Origin: Promethearchaeota archaeon
Lineage (GTDB): Archaea > Asgardarchaeota > Lokiarchaeia > Sigyniarchaeales > SOKP01
NCBI GenBank assembly: GCA_048939995.1
Contig: JBHLOY010000006.1
Span: forward strand, 96,001 to 160,000
Direction: 5' to 3'
DNA length: 64,000 bases
Below, piece after piece: positions 57,142 through 64,000 of the stretch (the first letter of the stretch is position 1; every line of letters begins with the position of its first letter). Under the pieces are notes generated by a model, which saw only the letters and a program-made list of their open reading frames with translations, was not told where the DNA came from and searched no databases. The position numbers and the translations under genes were made by a program.

Positions 57142-58431
57142 TTAAATAAAGTTTGTAATTGTGCTCTGATTTTGGCTATTCAGCAAAATAAAAGGATCTG
57201 CTCTTTTAAGTACAACTCCAACTGATTTTAAATCAGCACGACGTACAAATATAAACTTTTTAGCTCTTAGATTAATAATTCTTTTTGCCGAAACAGGCCC
57301 AATTCCAGGTATACGAAGTAATTCATAATATGATGCTTTATTAGGATCTATTGGTCCAAAACTCTTATAATGTTGTCGTGCTAAATGAATTTTCGGATCT
57401 CCATCTGGTAAATTCCCTTGATCTGTTAGGATTTCTTTTAATTCTTTTAGAGTGTAATGATATATTCTTAGTAACCAATCCGATTGGTATAGTCTATGTT
57501 CTCTAGTTAATGAGGCAGCCTGTTTATCCTGCAAGGGACTACCTTTTATCGGTATGAATGAAGAAAAGTAAGCTCTCCTGAGATCAATTGCTTTATATCC
57601 CCAATCGATCCTTTTAAGTATATCAAAATCTGTTTCACTATCATTAGCACCCACGACAAACTGTGTCGTTTGTCCACTGTTTAAAATTGGAGCTCCATCC
57701 CAACGAAAACTTTTATAACCATCCTTTCGATGAGTTTTGATCATTTTTTTCTGGAAATTTAACTGATAATCATCTTTTAAATCTTTTAAAATCTTAAGAG
57801 CCTCTTCGTTATGTTTAATACGAAATTGTTTAATCCATTTTTGACGAGTTAATATGTCATTGTCAAAATCCTTTTGTTCAGCAATTTCGGCAAGATGTTC
57901 CTTACTAGATGCCTCCGAGTTAATTGAAATGCGATCTGCCAAAGATATAGCTTCTTTAAGAAGATATTGACTTACTCCAGGTAAACATTTAAAATGAATA
58001 TATCCTTGAAATTTATACTTAAATCTTAAAAGTTTTATCGCTTCTAGCATTTCCTCCGTTGTTTTATCAGCACTATTACACACGGCAGATGAAATAAACA
58101 CACCTTCCACTACATTCATAGAATATAACTTCATAAAGGTTCGGGCATATTCTTCCGGAGTAAAGCTCATTTTTTGCTTACAACTGTGAGAAAAACAATA
58201 TTTACAATTGTAAATACACTTGTTAGTGTATAAAGTTTTGAAAAGGCTCATACATCTCCCATCAGGAGTATAGCTATGGCAAATCCCTGCATTAGCAGTA
58301 GCACCTATCCATCCATTTGAATCTCCAAATAATTTTGGATATTTTTTTGTGCGACTGGAAGCGGTACTAGCACATATATCATATTTTGAATTCTCTCCCA
58401 ATACACGAATCTTTTCTAAGGTAGATGGCAA
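57142..58431 (-). CDS. Putative DNA modification/repair radical SAM protein with helix-hairpin-helix (TIGR03916-like)
   Basis: SKYDIC, GICHSYTPDGRC, CIYNCKYC, GQTTQ, REHRLYQSDWLLR and LLRIPGIG motifs. Confidence 0.9.
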   Translation of the reverse strand: MPSTLEKIRVLGENSKYDICASTASSRTKKYPKLFGDSNGWIGATANAGICHSYTPDGRCMSLFKTLYTNKCIYNCKYCFSHSCKQKMSFTPEEYARTFMKLYSMNVVEGVFISSAVCNSADKTTEEMLEAIKLLRFKYKFQGYIHFKCLPGVSQYLLKEAISLADRISINSEASSKEHLAEIAEQKDFDNDILTRQKWIKQFRIKHNEEALKILKDLKDDYQLNFQKKMIKTHRKDGYKSFRWDGAPILNSGQTTQFVVGANDSETDFDILKRIDWGYKAIDLRRAYFSSFIPIKGSPLQDKQAASLTREHRLYQSDWLLRIYHYTLKELKEILTDQGNLPDGDPKIHLARQHYKSFGPIDPNKASYYELLRIPGIGPVSAKRIINLRAKKFIFVRRADLKSVGVVLKRADPFILLNSQNQSTITNFI

Positions 58432-58585
58432 ATTCTAATTCAACAAAATTATAAGATATATGCTTTATGTTTTGACGGTTAACTTATAAACTGGAGGGGA
58501 TTATTGAATTTTAAAACTTACTGATAAAAAAAACTTAATTTTAGTTTTATATTCATAAAACTATTGATTCAAAAATTATTAAATA

Positions 58586-60415
58586 TTGAAAAAAAAGATG
58601 CCAGAATATACAGGAGGAGAAATTATAACTAAATATTTGATAAAAGAAGGAGTCAACTATGTTATTGGAATTCCTGGACATGGATGTTTAGCCTTAGTTG
58701 ATGCCTTTTTTAAGGATAAAGAGCACTTGAAATTGGTTCAACCAAAGCAAGAAATGTCTGGCGTACATATGGCTGTCGGCTATTACAGAATAACAGGAAG
58801 ACCATTAGTTGTATTTACTTCAATAGGGCCCGGAGCTATTAACACTGCGATTGGTGTTGCTGATGCTTTTGTAGATTCCTTTCCCTGTCTTGTAATTACA
58901 GGAGATACACATGTACACATGAGAGGTAAGGGTGTTTTACAGGAGATAGAACGAAAAAAAGATTCAAGTATGCCTAAAATACTAGAATCAATAGTTAAAC
59001 GTAGTTTTGAGGTTGATACTGTTGGTCAGTTGCCTACAATAATGCAAAGAGCTTTCAATATAATGTTAACAGGGAGAAAGGGCCCTGTGCATATTGATCT
59101 TCCTATGGATGTCCAGGCAAATAGTATAGATGTAGAAATCCCAGAACCATTAGAAAGAAGATATCGAGGACGATTTATGGCTGATCCCGAATTAGTTCGA
59201 GAAGCTGCTAATTTACTTAAATCTTCTAAAAGACCTCTATTATTTATTGGTGGCGGTGCTATTACTTCTAATGCAAGTGAGGAGATTAAAATTCTAGCTG
59301 AAAAATTAGGAGCTGCTGTTGTAGTCACCATGATGGCAAAAGATATAATCGATAATACTCATCCGCTTTATTGTTGGTCAGCTGGTTCGAAAGGAACAAC
59401 TGTCGGTTTAAAGATGACATCTACTTCTGATGTTATTCTTGCAGTAGGATGTAGATTTGCTGATGAAACAGCAAGTTCTTATAAACAAGGTGTTAGTTTT
59501 TCAATTCCTCCTACAAAATTAATTCAAATTGATATAGACCCCCAAGAAATCGGTAAAAATTATCCTATAAAAGTGGGAATAGTTGGAGATGCGAAATCTT
59601 GCTTAAATCAACTCATTAATGAGTTGAGAGACTTTAAAAAAGATTACCAATCTACCTCATATTATAAAGAAATCCAAGAAGAGAAAAAAAAATGGTTTGA
59701 ATTTTTGAATCAGTATCGAGATGATTCAAAAGTTCCTGTAATGATATCTACAGTTTTAAGAGAAGTTCGAAAATTTTTTGATAGAGATGCTGTTATTGTT
59801 ACAAGTTCAGGTAATGTTCAAGCCCAGATGTTGCAGGAATTAGAGTTTTATGAACCAAAAACTTGCTTGACTGCGGGTGGATTCTCAACCATGGGTTATA
59901 GTGTTCCAGCTGCAATTGGAGCAAAATTAGGCTCAATTGATATTGGAAAACCAGATAGGCAAGTTGCTGCTCTAGTAGGAGATGGTGATTTCATGATGAC
60001 GATTTCTGAATTATCGGTTGCTGTGCAACTGGGATTAACTAACCTCTTTTTTATTGTAATAAATAATCACGGCTGGATTGCTATAAAAGATTTACAGCAA
60101 TCAGCTTTTGGAGAAGATCGTGGTTATGGTACGGCTTTTGAGAATAAGGATGGGACTAGCTATACTCCAGACTTTGCAGAAATTGGAGTTGCATTTGGTT
60201 GTTATTCAGAAAAGATTTCAAAAAAAAGTGAAATAATTCCGGCACTAGAGCGAGCTGCAAAATCAAAAAATCCAGCAGTTATTGAAATTGAGGTACAGAG
60301 AGAATACCCTTATACTGGATCTCCTGCAATTGGTTGGTGGGATGTGACCATCCCGAGTTACTTAAAAGATCGCAGGAAGAAGTATAATGAGGAAATTAAA
60401 GGAGAAAAACTTTAA
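58586..60415 (+). CDS. ThDP-dependent enzyme, acetolactate synthase large-subunit family
   Basis: GIPGHG, SIGPGAIN, GPVHIDLPMD and ThDP motif GDGDF...NN. Confidence 0.88.
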   Translation: MKKKMPEYTGGEIITKYLIKEGVNYVIGIPGHGCLALVDAFFKDKEHLKLVQPKQEMSGVHMAVGYYRITGRPLVVFTSIGPGAINTAIGVADAFVDSFPCLVITGDTHVHMRGKGVLQEIERKKDSSMPKILESIVKRSFEVDTVGQLPTIMQRAFNIMLTGRKGPVHIDLPMDVQANSIDVEIPEPLERRYRGRFMADPELVREAANLLKSSKRPLLFIGGGAITSNASEEIKILAEKLGAAVVVTMMAKDIIDNTHPLYCWSAGSKGTTVGLKMTSTSDVILAVGCRFADETASSYKQGVSFSIPPTKLIQIDIDPQEIGKNYPIKVGIVGDAKSCLNQLINELRDFKKDYQSTSYYKEIQEEKKKWFEFLNQYRDDSKVPVMISTVLREVRKFFDRDAVIVTSSGNVQAQMLQELEFYEPKTCLTAGGFSTMGYSVPAAIGAKLGSIDIGKPDRQVAALVGDGDFMMTISELSVAVQLGLTNLFFIVINNHGWIAIKDLQQSAFGEDRGYGTAFENKDGTSYTPDFAEIGVAFGCYSEKISKKSEIIPALERAAKSKNPAVIEIEVQREYPYTGSPAIGWWDVTIPSYLKDRRKKYNEEIKGEKL

Positions 60416-60464
60416 TCTTACATTTCCTTTTATTTCATACTTTTATCATTTTTAATCAAACATA

Positions 60465-61751
60465 ATGACAGAATTTTCTAAAATTTTTGAAGAAAAAGGG
60501 ATAGATTACATTCAATTTCATTTCACGACATTACTTGGAGGATTTAAGCAAGTTGAGTTTCCTGCTAAAATATGGGAGGAGATGAAAGACGGTGCAGGTA
60601 TTGATGGGTCAAGTATAGGGTTTCTAAAAACTGAACAAAGTGACATGCAAATAGTTCCGGACTTAAATACATTTACTGTAATTCCTTGGAACACTAGAAT
60701 TGGAAGATTTATCTGTGATATAACTGATAATAAGGGTAATATTTATCCCATGTGTCCCAGAGGGATATTAAAGAAACAGTTAAATTTAGCTAATTCTTTA
60801 GGATATGAATTTTTAACAAGACCAGAATTAGAATGGTATTTTCTGACTAATGACTTAAAAGTTGCAGACAATGGAACCTACATGGATATGCCTCCCAAAG
60901 ATCATTTACATGAATTAAGACGTCAAATAACTGATGATATGCTCGAAATGGGAATTGGAATCAAAACAATTCATCATGAAGTTGCTTCTGGACAACATGA
61001 AATAGAGTTCTTATCTTATAATGCCTTATATCAAGCAGATAATGTTCAAACTGCAAAATTAATCATAAGGACAGAATCTTCTTATGATGATTTAATTGCT
61101 TCTTTTATCCCAAAACCATTTTCTTCACAAGCAGGAAATGGATTACACATTCATCAATTTCTCACTAAAGAAGGAAGAAACATTTTTGCTGATGAAGAAC
61201 ACGGAATTAGTGATTTGCTTAGATATTATATTGGGGGGATACAAAAACATGTAAATGCTATTACAGCTTTATTAAATCCAACCACCAATTCATATAAAAG
61301 ACTTATTCCTAACCATGAAGCTCCTGTATATAATACGTGGGGAATAGGTAATAGAACAGCGATGATCCGTGTTCCTGGATATGAGAAATCAGCGAGAGTC
61401 GAATATCGTGCTGGAGATGCCTCAATGAATATATATCTTGGCACTGCTCTTTTGCTTGCCTCTGGCCTGGATGGAATTAAAAATAAAACTGAACCAAATA
61501 GCCCAATTAATGAGAACATTGATAATCTTTCTAGTGAAAAACGAGAGTATTTAGGAATTAAACAACTTCCACGGAGTTTAGATCAATCGTTAAGAGCATT
61601 TAAGGTGAGCCATTTACTTAAAGAAGCATTGGGTAAGGATATTATTAAAAGATTCATAGAAATAAAAGAGAAAGAACTTGAAGAATATAATAAAGCAACC
61701 AATGATGGAAATGAAGCTGAGTGGGAACTAGAAAAATATCTTTTTTGTTAG
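60465..61751 (+). CDS. glnA: Glutamine synthetase type I family
   Basis: DGSSI, PELEWY, HHEVASGQHEI, GNGLHIH, NSYKRL and EYRAGD motifs. Confidence 0.88.
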   Translation: MTEFSKIFEEKGIDYIQFHFTTLLGGFKQVEFPAKIWEEMKDGAGIDGSSIGFLKTEQSDMQIVPDLNTFTVIPWNTRIGRFICDITDNKGNIYPMCPRGILKKQLNLANSLGYEFLTRPELEWYFLTNDLKVADNGTYMDMPPKDHLHELRRQITDDMLEMGIGIKTIHHEVASGQHEIEFLSYNALYQADNVQTAKLIIRTESSYDDLIASFIPKPFSSQAGNGLHIHQFLTKEGRNIFADEEHGISDLLRYYIGGIQKHVNAITALLNPTTNSYKRLIPNHEAPVYNTWGIGNRTAMIRVPGYEKSARVEYRAGDASMNIYLGTALLLASGLDGIKNKTEPNSPINENIDNLSSEKREYLGIKQLPRSLDQSLRAFKVSHLLKEALGKDIIKRFIEIKEKELEEYNKATNDGNEAEWELEKYLFC

Positions 61752-61757
61752 AAAAAA

Positions 61758-63296
61758 TTATGAATATATTGAATACTTTCTATCTAATTTCTTTTTTAAT
61801 TCAGGGGGGAACTTAAACCTATTATTATATAGTTTATATATAAGATTATCTATTTCTTTTTGTATGGATTTATAATCAAAGCTTAAATTATGCTTTTTAT
61901 TCTGAATTATTTTACTTACTAATAACTCAACTTTTGATTTTGTATTAACATCCGGTATAATGATTGGTAATGCGTGGATCCCAGAAATTTGTATACTACT
62001 GGTATTATTTATGATTCCTTTTGCAAGATAATTGTATAGCGAACTATTTAATAAACCTAGAATATAAAATATAGAAAATGAATCATTCTCGATGATAAAA
62101 CCAATAGCCTTATTTGAATCCCAATAACATCCTTTTGGCATATAGCGCGCTGCCAACTTTGTACTTATTCCACTCACTACAATACCTTCTTGTTCAAAAG
62201 GTATATTATTTGGAATGTCGTAATTCGAAATGGCTGTTTTATCCCACTTAAGAGCCTCCATGATAGGTCGATAGTATTGATCAGACCCTCCACGCTTTAG
62301 ATAAGGTTTCCAATTTCCTGAATTTAGTTCGTCTCTGGAAATAATTTTATATTTGTTATCCAATTCCAAAATCTTTTTATTTCTCTTATTGAAAATATCT
62401 GCTAAATCTGTTCCTTGAATAGCAGCAATAAATCTTTTATTATCATGAGTATGCATTCCTATATAGCCTTTAATAAATTGTTTTAACTTAGGTGATTTTT
62501 TAAACAATTCAATTACTTGATTTTCTATATCAATGAAAAATATATTAAAAGGTAAAATATGATACTTTTTTTGCTTTAAAGCAAAATTCAACGGAGGATT
62601 CCAGTATTCAGATTCGTATCTAAGGCGAGGAACAATATTTATTATGTTTTTCTCTCTATTTACCTTATTATGGTTTCCTGTACATTTAGTCAATATAATT
62701 ATCACAGGATTAGTACTAACACCCTGCTTAGAAAATAAATCCTTTGGGGCTAGTAATATCTCATTTAATTTAGTATTTTCAAGTAAAAACTTTCTAAGTT
62801 TCTTATGAGTAATTAAGGTTAAGAATGTATCACTAGTTATAAATCCTAATTTACCAGCTTCTTTTAATCTCCATATACTATTAACTATAAACATTGAATA
62901 TGTTTCATGGGCATTAACATGACCATAAATTCTTTTCAATTTTGATTTATTCTTTCTCACATAGGAACTTGACTTATTAAGGTAAGGAGGATTCCCAATT
63001 ATAAAATCAAACTCATTTAATGACTTGTCATTGATATTCAGAAGTGTATCACATAATTCAAATTTTATTCCTAATTGTTTAATAGGCTCTTTATAATTGG
63101 GGTTAATATCGTAAGCATATATTTGACTTTCATTTACCCCTACATCTATTAGGGTTTTAATGAAGACTCCTGGACCCACGCATGGATCTAAAATCTTTTG
63201 ATTCGACTCTATCTTACCTAACTTTGATATGATATATTTTGCGGTCTTTTGAGGGGTTACAACAGCCCCTAAATCCTTTTCTTTTAATTCTGACAA
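61758..63296 (-). CDS. Orphan N6-adenine DNA methyltransferase (gamma class, TaqI/Eco57I-like)
   Basis: Motif I DPCVGPGVF, motif IV GNPPY, and C-terminal YILGLLNS target-recognition-like region. Confidence 0.88.
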   Translation of the reverse strand: MSELKEKDLGAVVTPQKTAKYIISKLGKIESNQKILDPCVGPGVFIKTLIDVGVNESQIYAYDINPNYKEPIKQLGIKFELCDTLLNINDKSLNEFDFIIGNPPYLNKSSSYVRKNKSKLKRIYGHVNAHETYSMFIVNSIWRLKEAGKLGFITSDTFLTLITHKKLRKFLLENTKLNEILLAPKDLFSKQGVSTNPVIIILTKCTGNHNKVNREKNIINIVPRLRYESEYWNPPLNFALKQKKYHILPFNIFFIDIENQVIELFKKSPKLKQFIKGYIGMHTHDNKRFIAAIQGTDLADIFNKRNKKILELDNKYKIISRDELNSGNWKPYLKRGGSDQYYRPIMEALKWDKTAISNYDIPNNIPFEQEGIVVSGISTKLAARYMPKGCYWDSNKAIGFIIENDSFSIFYILGLLNSSLYNYLAKGIINNTSSIQISGIHALPIIIPDVNTKSKVELLVSKIIQNKKHNLSFDYKSIQKEIDNLIYKLYNNRFKFPPELKKKLDRKYSIYS

Positions 63297-63400
63297 ATTT
63301 CAATTTAAAATTGTATTACTTTTGCATTCACTAAAGCTTAAATTTTATTAAAATTTATGTCATATTCTCTTAATATAGCGATTTTAAATTCACAATACCC

Positions 63401-64000
63401 TTATTTTAAATACGCGCCATATTTAGCAGAACTTACAATCTTTCTATAGGTATTTAAGAAACCCACTTGTATTTTTGGTGATGGAGATTTCCAGCTTTTT
63501 AGTCTACTTGTAAGTTCCTCATTCGAAATCATTAGATTCAATTTTCGATTTTTTATATCAATTTCGATATAATCTCCCTCGTTAACAATAGCAATCGGGC
63601 CACCTTCAATAGCCTCGGGACAAACATGACCTATACATGGTCCTCTTGTAGCTCCTGAGAAACGACCATCGGTGATCATAGCAACTGAATCAGTAAATCC
63701 CATGCCAACTAACATTGCTGCTGGTAAGGATAACTCTCTCATTCCTGGTGAACCTTTAGGGCCTTCATACCTTATCACTAAAACGTCTCCCTCTTCAATT
63801 TTATCATCCAAAAGAGCTTCTTTTACTTCTTCTTCACTTTCAAACACCTTAGCAGGACCTTTATGATGACACATTCCAGGACTTACAGCACTACGCTTTA
63901 CCACTGCTCCCTGAGGAGCTAAACTTCCTGTTAAGACTGCAATTCCTCCTTCAAGTTCAATTGGATCTTCTGGATTTCTAATAATTTGATAATCTTCATA
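63401..64000 (-). CDS. ilvD: Dihydroxy-acid dehydratase (5' part outside window)
   Basis: [24 protein letters not shown] and [11 protein letters not shown]...GHVCPEA; the frame stays open to the window edge. Confidence 0.95.
   Translation of the reverse strand, partial: YEDYQIIRNPEDPIELEGGIAVLTGSLAPQGAVVKRSAVSPGMCHHKGPAKVFESEEEVKEALLDDKIEEGDVLVIRYEGPKGSPGMRELSLPAAMLVGMGFTDSVAMITDGRFSGATRGPCIGHVCPEAIEGGPIAIVNEGDYIEIDIKNRKLNLMISNEELTSRLKSWKSPSPKIQVGFLNTYRKIVSSAKYGAYLK

Noticed and set aside
1062-61519. Many short antisense ORFs in the track (for example 1062-1349, 7340-7792, 29209-29544, 30763-31044, 49814-50185)
   Set aside because: They are shadows of well-supported genes on the opposite strand and have no motifs of their own.
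1-64000. Selenoprotein genes (in-frame UGA) or SECIS elements, given the Sec machinery
   Set aside because: The TGA-terminated ORFs I checked end at their expected C-termini and no convincing SECIS was seen by eye. A SECISearch-type scan would be needed to exclude them.

Overview
AT-rich archaeal DNA that reads as Asgard, most likely Lokiarchaeia/Promethearchaeota. The assignment is an inference from archaeal ribosomal proteins together with Vps28, Roadblock/LC7, a longin-like protein and selenocysteine machinery. Contents in order: the S10/spc-type ribosomal protein cluster (uL22 to uL15); a probable cobalamin ECF pair; a selenocysteine neighbourhood (SelB, tRNA-Sec, SepSecS); eukaryotic-signature-like genes; eL34-cmk-eL14-tRNA-Ser facing secY-EMC3 and the uL11-uL1-uL10-P1 operon; central metabolism and shikimate genes; two very large membrane-anchored proteins, one caspase-like; uS2; a radical SAM/DUF4130 pair; an orphan adenine methyltransferase; and a partial ilvD. 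The main finding is pervasive bulge-helix-bulge (BHB) splicing. The ribosomal protein uL11 gene is split by a 37-nt, frame-breaking, stop-containing BHB intron (33198-33234) whose removal restores an intact 165-aa protein, which makes it a candidate tRNA-type intron in an Asgard mRNA. All three tRNA genes are also interrupted: tRNA-Sec(UCA) by 2 introns, a rare tRNA-Ile(UAU) by 3, and tRNA-Ser(GGA) by 1. All calls come from manual reading and motif recognition; no searches were run.
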